From: Rhodothermaceae bacterium
Lineage (GTDB): Bacteria; Bacteroidota; Rhodothermia; Balneolales; Cyclonatronaceae
DNA length: 64,000 nt
Direction: 5' to 3'
Assembly: GCA_020201275.1 (NCBI GenBank)
Contig: JAIVHB010000133.1
Location: 17,857 to 81,856 of the forward strand
Positions 18,101 through 26,403 of the stretch are shown here, in pieces. The first letter of the stretch is position 1; every line of letters starts with the position of its first letter. The notes below the pieces were generated by a model. The model saw only the letters and a list, made by a program, of their open reading frames with translations, did no database searches and was not told where the DNA came from. A program made the position numbers and the translations under genes.

Positions 18101-19765
18101 AAAGTAATCTGCGTTAAGGTCTGTTACAGGAATATTCGCTGAACGAATAAGGTTACGCAGGTTAAACCCGTTGATATTTCCACTGAATTGCGTCAACGGA
18201 TCAGTATGATTCAGATCAATTTTTCCGCTGCCACTGGCAGTTCCGGTTCCCTCGGTAATGAAGAATTCAGGTTGATATATCCCGTTCCTGAATGCAAGCT
18301 CCAGGTCAAACAGTGGTATATCATAGTTCTCAAGAAAAGTGTTCCGTGCATATAACCCCCAAAAACCTGAACCCGTAAGCACATCCGAGCCGGAGCCGCG
18401 CATATTTACAGTCAGATTGATGTTCGAATTATTCGTGGTAATGGAGGGGAAATGGGCCAGATTCAATGAATCAACCTGAATTGCAATTGCATAGTCTATG
18501 GAATCACGAAACGCCGCTTCGCCTGAAAGCCTCACAATACCCCTTGGCGCTTCTATTGTAATTACACCATCAATACTGTTGCTACTTCCGGTTACATGCC
18601 CCCTCGTTGTTAGAGAATCCCAATCTGAAAAACTGAGATTCTGAAGCACTGCAAAATGCTGAATGTCGTCATCCCGAATCCTTACGTAATCAAGAATCAC
18701 ATCATAAGAAAACGAATCAGATTCCAGCAGGTCGGTTAATTGTCCGTAGAAGAAAAAATCACTGCCGCCATAACTCAGGTTAAAGCGATTCACATCCATA
18801 ACCCGCATGGTACCCTCAGCCAGTATCTCAAGCTGCAGAGCTGATGTATACTGATCCCAATCGGCCATAATATTACTGTAATCGGCCGGTGTAAATGATG
18901 CGGAATCCATAATCAGACGGTATGAAGCATCTGTGAACTGCTCACGGATATCCGGCTTGGTTAGGTCAACCCCATCTATCTCAAACGTCGCAGACAGATT
19001 TGTATTTCCGGCAGCGAGTTGTACCCTGTTGAATTCAAGATACCTCTCATCGTTATAAAACTGCCCCGACAGAGAGAATTCATCATTCCGTAATTCAGGT
19101 ATCACAAACGAAAGAGCTTCGATATCAACAAACCGCTGGGATGTGTTCAGTTCCACGAACATCTGCAGATTCAGATCTCTCACATGAAGAGGCTGTGGCA
19201 GCTTAACTCCACCTGGTTGCCACTCGTATTGGTCGATGGTAATCTGACCGGACGAGATGGCTACGGAGGGTGCAAATATTACCGGCAGCCTGGAACGCTG
19301 CCCGTCTGCCAACAGGGTATCGGTTTTTGCGGGAGAGAAAACACGGTTAATCGTATAGGAATCATTGCCGGTATGCGTGAGACGAAAAACCGGGTTTTCA
19401 AGATTGAAATAGGTAACAGAAATACGATTGCGGATCATATCCCACAGATCCAGGCCCAGAACAATCGATTCGCTGCTGAAAACGGTATCGGCTTCAATCG
19501 ATTCACCTTCCGAGCCGTAATAGATAACACTAACATCTAGTACTTCGAAGCGAAACGGGATAAGCCCGTCGAGTTTACCGATCCTGAGCTCACCATTGAA
19601 ATTTTCAACAAAATATTTTTCAGCCCGTTGTGCGAGCATCTCTTTCGTTGAATCGAGTTGCAGAACAAAGAAAGCCACTACGACCATAAGGATCGCTGCA
19701 ATGGCGACAAACCAGAATATGCCCCAGAAAAATCGCCAGGAATTATATATCCATCGTAATATCAA
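15137..19765 (-). CDS. tamB: Translocation and assembly module protein TamB (AsmA-like/DUF490)
   Basis: 1542 aa. A single N-terminal TM anchor ('FWFVAIAAILMVVVAFFVL') is followed by a very long beta-rich repetitive body. The C-terminal ~300 aa have a DUF490-like pattern ('DVDLNLTGLDQADLGVALRLFDDRLILRGGV'). It ends 25 nt upstream of the rnr start. Confidence 0.8.
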   Translation of the reverse strand: MILRWIYNSWRFFWGIFWFVAIAAILMVVVAFFVLQLDSTKEMLAQRAEKYFVENFNGELRIGKLDGLIPFRFEVLDVSVIYYGSEGESIEADTVFSSESIVLGLDLWDMIRNRISVTYFNLENPVFRLTHTGNDSYTINRVFSPAKTDTLLADGQRSRLPVIFAPSVAISSGQITIDQYEWQPGGVKLPQPLHVRDLNLQMFVELNTSQRFVDIEALSFVIPELRNDEFSLSGQFYNDERYLEFNRVQLAAGNTNLSATFEIDGVDLTKPDIREQFTDASYRLIMDSASFTPADYSNIMADWDQYTSALQLEILAEGTMRVMDVNRFNLSYGGSDFFFYGQLTDLLESDSFSYDVILDYVRIRDDDIQHFAVLQNLSFSDWDSLTTRGHVTGSSNSIDGVITIEAPRGIVRLSGEAAFRDSIDYAIAIQVDSLNLAHFPSITTNNSNINLTVNMRGSGSDVLTGSGFWGLYARNTFLENYDIPLFDLELAFRNGIYQPEFFITEGTGTASGSGKIDLNHTDPLTQFSGNINGFNLRNLIRSANIPVTDLNADYFVNLKGAETDKLSGDLLISIRESEYDGEMIGGQAVELRLNDAEQEVRRLDLSSEIINLTAEGSFKPSSVEDMFRLWKWEAYTRLEKRLWFADYDVSDAAEKPTGGDPVRIDLKGSLNNLDRISGIYKAFPDIDTDSDFEISLMADHQSLELSGSVYSREFRSDSLIASGANIIFNGQMKPAEVDVQYLDFDLTADVEKVDHPALVIGGLGFKIQTADNRWDFETEIKTLGNDFAFRSDAEVVVSDSSVVMNMDRFFLGNEIYDWRNPRDIRIVYDNNRRLIIDDLEISSDDGLVVLNGVFSDLDSDSMRYSLNEVGMAAISSLIGGRISFDGSLNATVTTKTLTTSPTIEGDIFIDGLHLNNRLIGDVTFKSAFNPLNRHFDTSLSVETDEQKYAEYRKGNNGIGNNLHLNGFLVPPDPENPADTVYYFDADLQEIDMWILPLIVSGIFEEVEGKSAGKGVLYGTLEDYYFNALFDLDEVYARPVFLNTDYTLSGPLELDRITGVFIDNVSVSDGRQGRGNLYGIVDLNDFEREKYLNISLTLDRLQFLNNRYSADEPFYGNVTGTGEINLIGLNTSPYLRTTQTVVVTSDSRLSIPLLDETSVEEQSRLIRYVTSFDEAFRHQADRLVELDQPDDDLGFMEIFQFDLQFVAPQNTTVQLVFDPVTGEIITARGNGRIRITLEDQTLQMFGRFDVDGGDYLFVGGDIFNRRFSIREGGSITWEGDPANARVDITAAYRSRPNIAPIDPAIPDDTPQRIPVDLVLVIKGNLDTIENEFYFEFPNATDASDYTTLLTIINNEEQKLIQATSLLFTGTFIQTGSTGTDTGAFGREFQSRAAGQAGLSLLSNQITSLLNSNLTNLNLDVDLNLTGLDQADLGVALRLFDDRLILRGGVYRDVYDESAEVSIGDLGVRYRINRALSVELFHRKDQRLALQQTETQVESVNGIGLEARVQFNTWRELGQRIWGSIRKIFVSSEERTQAVAESVE

Positions 19766-19846
19766 CTATTCTTTCTTTGTTTAAACTTTATTGGTGTGGG
19801 TATGAGATTTATTAATTTTGATGACCACTTCAATTCAGTACTACAG

Positions 19847-20965
19847 TCAGTTACAAGTGTCGAGTGCAAAATCCCACGCTTTTTCCAGCAGGCTCAGATC
19901 GGTAATATCAACAATCCGCGGATGCCCGTAGCGATGAAGCAGTACTACCCGAACGGTATTATTGAGGCTTTTCTTATCCAGAAACATTTTTGCCACCAAT
20001 TCATGTATACGGGGTTTAAGGTCTGCAACCGAAAGCCTGTAACTGTCAAGAAACTGGAATAGTGGAAACTCATCCAGTTTGGCTCCCAACAGGTTCGACA
20101 ATTTATGTGCAGCCACCATACCAATATAGACGGCCTCTCCATGTGAAAAGCGTCTGTATCCGGTTAGTGCTTCCAGCGCATGGGCAAAAGTGTGGCCATA
20201 ATTCAGCCATGCACGCCTGCCAGCTTCCAATTCATCTTCCGCAACAATAGCCGCCTTTATCCGGGCACATCTTGTAATCAGTTCCATGAGTTTAGCCGGG
20301 TCGGAAAAACCCAACTTGAACCGGGCAGCCAGAGTGAACAAATCCGGATCGGCTATAGCTCCGTATTTGATGATTTCGGCCATTCCACACCGCCATTCCC
20401 TTGCCGGCAGCGTTTCAAGAAAAATGATATCCGAGATAATGGTGTCGGGCTGGTAGAAAGCGCCAATGAGGTTTTTACCAGTATGATGATTAATCCCGGT
20501 CTTACCTCCCAGCGAGCTGTCGACCATAGCAAGCAGTGTTGTGGGCACTTGTACGAGCGGAATTCCACGCATTACCGAGGCCGCTACATAACCGGCAAGG
20601 TCTCCGGTTACACCTCCTCCCACTGCAACCAACGGCGTTTTTCTGTTCACGCCACTTTCGAAGCAGAAATCGACAGCCTCAAGCCATTTGCCGGCAGATT
20701 TTGAGGTTTCTCCCGACGGTATTTTGTGAACAGCAGGATCAAAGCCTTCCGAAAGCAATATTTCGGTAATTTTTCTACCATACAGCTTATCCACATTTTC
20801 GTCAATAAGCAGCAGCACCTTTTTCTGGTTGTAAATGCGAATCCTGTCCGCCAGAATTTCAAGGGTACCATTTCCTGAATATACCTGACAGGTGTGCGTG
20901 CCCGCTGTATCAATATTAAAATGATGTACCAAGTTGTTCGATTTTCGGGACCAGTTTTTCAGCAT
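19847..20965 (-). CDS. aroB: 3-dehydroquinate synthase
   Basis: 'AVGGGVTGDLAGYVAA', 'VPTTLLAMVDSSLGGKTGINH' and 'NYGHTFAHALE' are present. ATG at 20965 would overlap aroK by 50 nt. An in-frame TTG at 20932 gives a shorter overlap, so the start is uncertain. Confidence 0.93.
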   Translation of the reverse strand: MLKNWSRKSNNLVHHFNIDTAGTHTCQVYSGNGTLEILADRIRIYNQKKVLLLIDENVDKLYGRKITEILLSEGFDPAVHKIPSGETSKSAGKWLEAVDFCFESGVNRKTPLVAVGGGVTGDLAGYVAASVMRGIPLVQVPTTLLAMVDSSLGGKTGINHHTGKNLIGAFYQPDTIISDIIFLETLPAREWRCGMAEIIKYGAIADPDLFTLAARFKLGFSDPAKLMELITRCARIKAAIVAEDELEAGRRAWLNYGHTFAHALEALTGYRRFSHGEAVYIGMVAAHKLSNLLGAKLDEFPLFQFLDSYRLSVADLKPRIHELVAKMFLDKKSLNNTVRVVLLHRYGHPRIVDITDLSLLEKAWDFALDTCN

Positions 20966-21473
20966 GTGTTTTTGCGGCTTTCCCGGCAGTCTGTATTACG
21001 GTGATATGAGCCATCTGATAAAACCGGCGGCGGCGATCCAGCAATTCTTTCAGTTCAGATTCTAGAATTTCATCGGTTTTCAGATTACCGTTACCATCCA
21101 GCAACAGGGGTCTTCTTTTGTTCCTTTTAACCCGTTCCATAATGGTTTCCAAAGCGACGTCTATAAAAACAAGTACTCCTGAACTTTTTATTTTGTCAAC
21201 AACATCGAGACCTGTTATTGTACCGCCACCAAGGGCAATCACGACGTTTTTCCAGCCTGTAAGTTCATTAAGATATTTCTGTTCAAGATCACGGAAATGT
21301 GCCTCGCCAAATTTACTGAATATATCAGATACCGTTTTGCGTTCTTTTTTCTCGATATAAATATCAAGATCAATAAATATATATTTAAACCGACCGGCGA
21401 GAATACGGCCAATAGTCGTTTTACCGGCACCCATAAAACCGGTCAGAAATATTCTTTCGGGTATTCTGTTCAT
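20916..21473 (-). CDS. aroK: Shikimate kinase
   Basis: P-loop 'LTGFMGAGKTTIGRILA' and 'ALGGGT'. The start overlaps the upstream gene stop (ATGA at 21470..21473). Confidence 0.93.
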   Translation of the reverse strand: MNRIPERIFLTGFMGAGKTTIGRILAGRFKYIFIDLDIYIEKKERKTVSDIFSKFGEAHFRDLEQKYLNELTGWKNVVIALGGGTITGLDVVDKIKSSGVLVFIDVALETIMERVKRNKRRPLLLDGNGNLKTDEILESELKELLDRRRRFYQMAHITVIQTAGKAAKTHAEKLVPKIEQLGTSF

Positions 21474-23068
21474 GATTCCTGTCCTGATTCCGGTGGTGCG
21501 GGTTCCACCAGCAATACCTGCTCCCTGTCGACCAGTGCCAGGCCCGGAGCAGCACCTTTGGGTTTTCTTACATGTTTTCTTTTTGCATAAATGACCGGTG
21601 CAAGGCCGGTGGTACGAGCTTTCGACAGCCAGGCAGCAACACGGGCGGCATTTTCGAGAACAGCATGATCAGGGTAAGCTGTAGAACGGTTCATCCGGAT
21701 TATGAGATGGGAACCGGACACACCGCGTGCGTGCATCCACACATCCTCTTTATGGCTTGCTCTGAGCAGTTCATCATTACCGGCTGCACTTTTTCCGATC
21801 CAGATATCATATTTACCAATTTGAATGCGCCGGAACGGGAAAACTTTACCATCAATTTCTTTTTCATTCAAACCGAGAATTCGGAATGCATCACGATTCT
21901 GGTCAATCCACTTTTCGAGGGTTTCCGGATCCCGCTGTTGCGCTAACACGTACAGCGATTTGAGCAATTGTTCTGCCATGTGTGCCTTCTGCACAATTTC
22001 ACCGCGGTTTTCCTGAGCTACCCTGGCCGATTTCTTCCCTTTTCTGGCTTTCTCGTAGTAATATGCTGCATTTTCAGCCATTGTAAGGTCCGGCTGCAGT
22101 TGTATTGTCACTTCACCGCCGGAAAAAAGATCGGCAACGGTGATAGTGCCTGGATTATCAGGGTGTATATGAAGATTAGCCATGAGTAAGTGGCCGTAGT
22201 GTTCATTTTGAAGTATGCGTGCCTGGCTTTTTTCCACATTTTCGGAGGCATTCATCCTTCCTTTGTACTTCTCATTTGCCCTGGTTACAAGCTTAAGAAT
22301 CGGACTGAATTTCCGGTTGAATCTTTCAGTTTTTACTCTCGAATACCACGCCGTACGAACGGCTTTGTTAGTACTTTCGAAAACCTCCTTGCCTGTTTCA
22401 GGAAGAATATCGCCCGGCCATGGATTGAAGTTGCCGTCCGGATTCAACCCCGGTTCAAACCGATGCAGCAGTATATCATTAAGTTGCTGTGCCAGGGCAT
22501 GAATTTCGTAGTTTCCGGCAGACCCGGCCATTTTCAGTAGTGGAAGATCCTTAAGAAATGTTCGGGGTAAAAGCGGGTTAACCTTCAGAATATCCCGGAT
22601 TATATCTCCCGTCGGCGTAACAGTCAAAACCGAAGGCGGGCGAGGCAGGGGTTCATCTGAACCCGTGTACCGGTCAGGATTTTTGAAGGCTTCCTCAACA
22701 ATCTTTCCCTGCACAAGCATTACATTGGCCGCCGACCCATATAAAACCACGAGCAGGTGCATGCCATTTTCAAATCGAATGTAGAGAAGCCTGTCCGACT
22801 CAGCCATTTCGACAGAAACTACGCTCTGAGAATTCAGTTCTGAAAAAAAAGTGAGCATGTTTGCCTGCGTTTTTTTTCGGTTATGATTCATAAAAATAAC
22901 CTGGTTACCCGGTGATACGCCCACCCTGACCGTCACAGCTTCATTAGAATTTTCAAATATGAGGTCAATAATGTTTTTTCCGCCCGTAACCGCTGAAACA
23001 AAAAATGTCCCAATCAGTTTGCGTTTTAACTCGTCTACTAAATATCTTAGCGTATAATAATTATTCAT
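21470..23068 (-). CDS. NFACT-family protein (RqcH/FbpA-like, NFACT-N + coiled coil + NFACT-R/DUF814)
   Basis: 532 aa. The NFACT-N start is 'YTLRYLVDEL' with 'ESDRLLYIRF' (Asp-Arg pair). A central helical region follows. The DUF814 signature is 'DVWMHARGVSGSHLIIR'. Confidence 0.8.
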   Translation of the reverse strand: MNNYYTLRYLVDELKRKLIGTFFVSAVTGGKNIIDLIFENSNEAVTVRVGVSPGNQVIFMNHNRKKTQANMLTFFSELNSQSVVSVEMAESDRLLYIRFENGMHLLVVLYGSAANVMLVQGKIVEEAFKNPDRYTGSDEPLPRPPSVLTVTPTGDIIRDILKVNPLLPRTFLKDLPLLKMAGSAGNYEIHALAQQLNDILLHRFEPGLNPDGNFNPWPGDILPETGKEVFESTNKAVRTAWYSRVKTERFNRKFSPILKLVTRANEKYKGRMNASENVEKSQARILQNEHYGHLLMANLHIHPDNPGTITVADLFSGGEVTIQLQPDLTMAENAAYYYEKARKGKKSARVAQENRGEIVQKAHMAEQLLKSLYVLAQQRDPETLEKWIDQNRDAFRILGLNEKEIDGKVFPFRRIQIGKYDIWIGKSAAGNDELLRASHKEDVWMHARGVSGSHLIIRMNRSTAYPDHAVLENAARVAAWLSKARTTGLAPVIYAKRKHVRKPKGAAPGLALVDREQVLLVEPAPPESGQES

Positions 23069-23122
23069 TATTCATAGAGAAGCTTTAGAAGCGCTTCGAG
23101 GGCAAATTAAAAAGGTAAGAAC

Positions 23123-23773
23123 ATGCATTATCCGATATTTAACTCAATCATAAACAAAATACAGACAGATCTTCAAAACAGGGATATAAAAACGCAGAAT
23201 TTCCGGGTTTGGACCGACAAGACAATTAGCGCAATCGGGCTTGATATAACAATAGACCTGAGTAAAATCAGTGATCATATAAAAACATTGAACCTTCACC
23301 TCGACTGGGACCGATTCAGGGAGATCAATCTGGCCCGGCAGCTCGAGGGAATGCAAAACCATCCGATGCTGAGAGGCGGAAAATTTACCAACATCGTTGT
23401 GGTACCGAGAATTGATGTTGAGGTAAACTGGATATTCAATACCGCTCTGATCTACAATTCTATCGACAGCAGAAAGGGGCAGGCCAGAATTGAAGCCGCC
23501 AGCAGGTGGATGGATTCTGTGAATCAGAAGATCAGAAGTGTTATTCACGGCGACGATGTTATAACCCGCTGGCATGTTGAGGCTGAAGGGGATTCCGAAG
23601 GCAGGTACCTGTCGGTAATGAGCCTCATATCCTACCTTGACTACGAACTCACCGGAATTACCGATCTTAATGATGTGCACAAATTTGTAGGTCGCAGATT
23701 ACAGCAGATACTTGTAAGAACTAACAAGGTTGTAATGGTTGCCGACAAATCGTTTATTGAGGCTGCAGCTTAA
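23123..23773 (+). CDS. Hypothetical protein (no family recognised)
   Basis: 216-aa ORF with ATG start, soluble-looking composition, followed directly by a strong hairpin terminator. Its position suggests a promoter region shared divergently with the NFACT gene. Confidence 0.5.
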   Translation: MHYPIFNSIINKIQTDLQNRDIKTQNFRVWTDKTISAIGLDITIDLSKISDHIKTLNLHLDWDRFREINLARQLEGMQNHPMLRGGKFTNIVVVPRIDVEVNWIFNTALIYNSIDSRKGQARIEAASRWMDSVNQKIRSVIHGDDVITRWHVEAEGDSEGRYLSVMSLISYLDYELTGITDLNDVHKFVGRRLQQILVRTNKVVMVADKSFIEAAA

Positions 23774-23806
23774 AAAAAATGCCTTATTACAAGGCATTTA
23801 TTTTTT
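23774..23806. terminator. Bidirectional intrinsic terminator
   Basis: Perfect 9-bp stem AAATGCCTT (23777..23785) / AAGGCATTT (23791..23799) with a 5-nt loop. It is flanked by an A-run on the left and a T-run on the right, and sits between convergent genes. Confidence 0.75.
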
Positions 23807-23887
23807 CTTATGGCGATTCTTGCGAAGTCTTTTTTTGCGCTTGTGCTTGGCAATCTTTGCTCTTTTTCTTTTTTTTCCGCTTGGCAT
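23798..23887 (-). CDS. Small basic protein, bS22-like (AURKAIP1/COX24-type mini ribosomal protein)
   Basis: Not in the ORF track because it is under 60 aa. My hand translation from ATG (23887..23885) to TAA (23800..23798) gives 'MPSGKKRKRAKIAKHKRKKRLRKNRHKKK', 29 aa. This matches the 'MPSGKKRKRHK..HKRKKR...RHKKK' pattern I recall for the bS22 family of Bacteroidota and Actinobacteria. Confidence 0.55.
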   Translation of the reverse strand: MPSGKKRKRAKIAKHKRKKRLRKNRHKKK

Positions 23888-24027
23888 TTTTAAAAGATTT
23901 AAGATGTTTGTGTAAATGCCCGGCGGGCACTTTTATCTGACAGAACGCAAAAATACGAAAAAGCCGGTTAAAATCCAGCTACATCATCAATTTAGAAATG
24001 ATTGCGATGTGGCAATTATACCGTTAA

Positions 24028-24339
24028 TTACGGGGTACTGTTTTCAGCGACGGCTTTCTTAAACTCTCTCGAAATTTTTAAAACAGGTACATGCTGTTCA
24101 GGTACTATGACTTCCTCGTTGGTTTTCGGGTTACGGGCGACCCTCTGTGCCCTTTTCACCACTCTGAAGCTCCCAAAACCTCTCAATTCGATTGATTTCC
24201 CATTCTTCAGAGCCTCAATAACCGTATCCATAAAACCTTTAACAACGGCCTCGGTTTCTACTTTAGCTATTCCCGTAGACGTTGATATAATGTCTACAAT
24301 ATCAGCTTTCGTCATGTTTTTATTTTTGTCGTTATTCAC
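24028..24339 (-). CDS. HU/IHF-family DNA-binding protein
   Basis: 'MTKADIVDIIS...', 'ELRGFGSFRVVKRAQRVARNPKTNEEVIVP' is the HU arm. The true start may be the internal ATG at 24315 ('MTKAD'). Confidence 0.9.
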   Translation of the reverse strand: MNNDKNKNMTKADIVDIISTSTGIAKVETEAVVKGFMDTVIEALKNGKSIELRGFGSFRVVKRAQRVARNPKTNEEVIVPEQHVPVLKISREFKKAVAENSTP

Positions 24340-24733
24340 GGCTTGTAATTTTATTAGTAATTGCTATTCATAAGGTTACCATTAAATATATGGTATCGGA
24401 TGTCTATAAAGCATGAATTATTTGAAATTCGTTCCGAATCACAAAAAAAATAAACAGAAATATTCTGATCCCTGCCCTGCTTATTCAGTACGCTTTAAAA
24501 TCAAGGCGAATACGGTAAAAAATACCTTGCCTGTTTCAGATTGAGCCTTTAAGTACGGATAATTATACACCTCATGTGTTCTGATTTATCGGATTTTTTC
24601 TGCCTGTGCTGAACTTTTTATGTTTTTTAATGCCAAATATGATTTTATCACTTTTACCAATAGGCATTTCTTTTATACCTTCCGTCTTTAAATTCGGGGC
24701 ATAAACCTTCCATCGACCACAACAGTAAAGCAC

Positions 24734-26392
24734 ATGCAGACATTTGAACGTATTGTAAACTTTCTCAATGATCTTGTTTGGAACACGCCTGAGGTAATGC
24801 CTCTGATGGTCGTTGTACTGCTGAGTTATGGTCTGTTTATTACAGTCCGCCTTGGTTTTATTCAAATCAGAAAACTGAAACACGGTTTCCGGGTTCTGAC
24901 CGGCTACTACGATGATCCGAATGATCAGGGTGACATTAACCACTTCCAGGCTCTCAGCACTGCGCTTTCTGCCACAGTTGGTATAGGTAACATCGCGGGT
25001 GTAGCCATTGCCATACATTATGGCGGTCCCGGGGCACTATTCTGGATGTGGATTACCGCCCTGTTCGGTATGGCCATTAAATATTCGGAGTGTACGCTTG
25101 CTGTTCTCTACCGTGAACAGAATGAAGACGGCAGCGTTTCGGGCGGGCCTATGTACTACATCGAAAAGGGTCTGGGAAGTAACTGGAAATGGCTTAGCAT
25201 TGTGTTCGCGGCCAGTGCGGTAATTTGTTCATTCCTTACCGGAAATGCGATCCAGGCCAACACTGTGGCCGACAGCATGGAGAGTGCATTCATGATACCG
25301 GTTTATATAACGGGTATATTTACGGCCGGATTTGTGGCCATTGTAATTCTCGGAGGTATCAAAAGAATCGGGAATGTCACTGCTAAACTTACCCCCTTGA
25401 TGGCAGTTCTCTATGTTTTCGGAGCCCTTGTTATTCTTCTAATGAATTACGACCAGGTGATTCCAACTCTTGGACTCATCATTACATCGGCATTCGATCC
25501 TGTAGCGGGTGTGTTGGGTGTGGGTTCCGGTGCGTTTATGACCACCCTTGTATGGGGTATTAAACGCGGTTTATTCTCTAACGAGGCCGGTCAGGGTTCG
25601 GCTCCAATTGCTCACGCTGCTGCAAAAACCGATGAACCGGTGCGTGAGGGTGTTGTAGCCCTGCTCGAACCATTTATAGATACACTTATCGTTTGCACTA
25701 TGACCGGACTGGTAATCTGCATTACCGGTTCCTGGGATGCCAGACACCCCTCAGCCATTTTTATTAGTTCCGGCGACACCAGCTTCGTAACAGAACAGAC
25801 CATCGGTTTTGAAGGCGTTGATCAGGATCTGTTGATTGTTGACAACGGAGTTGCCGCCAACGGTACCGTACTACGATACGGAGTACTGATCGATACCTTA
25901 TACACCGATGCCGGTCAGAGCCAGCTGTTCACCGGAACCATCTACACAGGACCCGGTACCAGAATGGCCTACGATCCCGATGAGAATCCGGTACGGGAAC
26001 TATATGCGAATGTAGTCGAGAACGGTGCTCCTCTTACAGCCAGGGCTTTTGAAATTGGTCTGGCCCCTCTCTTTCCCGGAGGTGCCTATCTGGTGACCAT
26101 CTGTGTTCTGCTTTTTGGGGTTTCCACTTCGATCAGCTGGAGTTATTATGGCGACAGGTCCATACAGTACCTGTTGGGCGACAAATCAATTATCTACTAC
26201 CGTATTGTATACATAATCATGCACTTTGTAGGTGCCATTCTGGCGCTTGGCACTGTTTGGGCAATCGGCGACGTGGCACTTGGACTCATGACACTCCCCA
26301 ACCTGATCGCCCTGTTTGCACTTTCCGGAGTAGTATACCGTGTTACGCATGAATATTTCAATCGTATGGATGCAGAAGAACGGAACAACTAA
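24734..26392 (+). CDS. Alanine/glycine:cation symporter (AGCS family)
   Basis: 'FQALSTALSATVGIGNIAGVA', 'GGPGALFWMW' and 'FSNEAGQGSAPIAHAAA' are present. 552 aa, longer than I expect for the family because of an extra loop (see findings). Confidence 0.9.
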   Translation: MQTFERIVNFLNDLVWNTPEVMPLMVVVLLSYGLFITVRLGFIQIRKLKHGFRVLTGYYDDPNDQGDINHFQALSTALSATVGIGNIAGVAIAIHYGGPGALFWMWITALFGMAIKYSECTLAVLYREQNEDGSVSGGPMYYIEKGLGSNWKWLSIVFAASAVICSFLTGNAIQANTVADSMESAFMIPVYITGIFTAGFVAIVILGGIKRIGNVTAKLTPLMAVLYVFGALVILLMNYDQVIPTLGLIITSAFDPVAGVLGVGSGAFMTTLVWGIKRGLFSNEAGQGSAPIAHAAAKTDEPVREGVVALLEPFIDTLIVCTMTGLVICITGSWDARHPSAIFISSGDTSFVTEQTIGFEGVDQDLLIVDNGVAANGTVLRYGVLIDTLYTDAGQSQLFTGTIYTGPGTRMAYDPDENPVRELYANVVENGAPLTARAFEIGLAPLFPGGAYLVTICVLLFGVSTSISWSYYGDRSIQYLLGDKSIIYYRIVYIIMHFVGAILALGTVWAIGDVALGLMTLPNLIALFALSGVVYRVTHEYFNRMDAEERNN

Positions 26393-26403
26393 AGCCCGAA
26401 AAG

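Noticed and set aside
23144-23680. 178-aa minus-strand ORF inside the hypothetical gene
   Set aside because: It competes with the 216-aa plus-strand ORF. The plus-strand ORF has an ATG start, more protein-like composition and a terminator directly after its stop, so I kept that one. This choice is not certain.
23917-23929. Short hairpin TGCCC-GGC-GGGCA between HU and the bS22-like ORF
   Set aside because: It has only a 5-bp stem with a 3-nt loop and a weak T-tract. That is too weak to call as the HU terminator.
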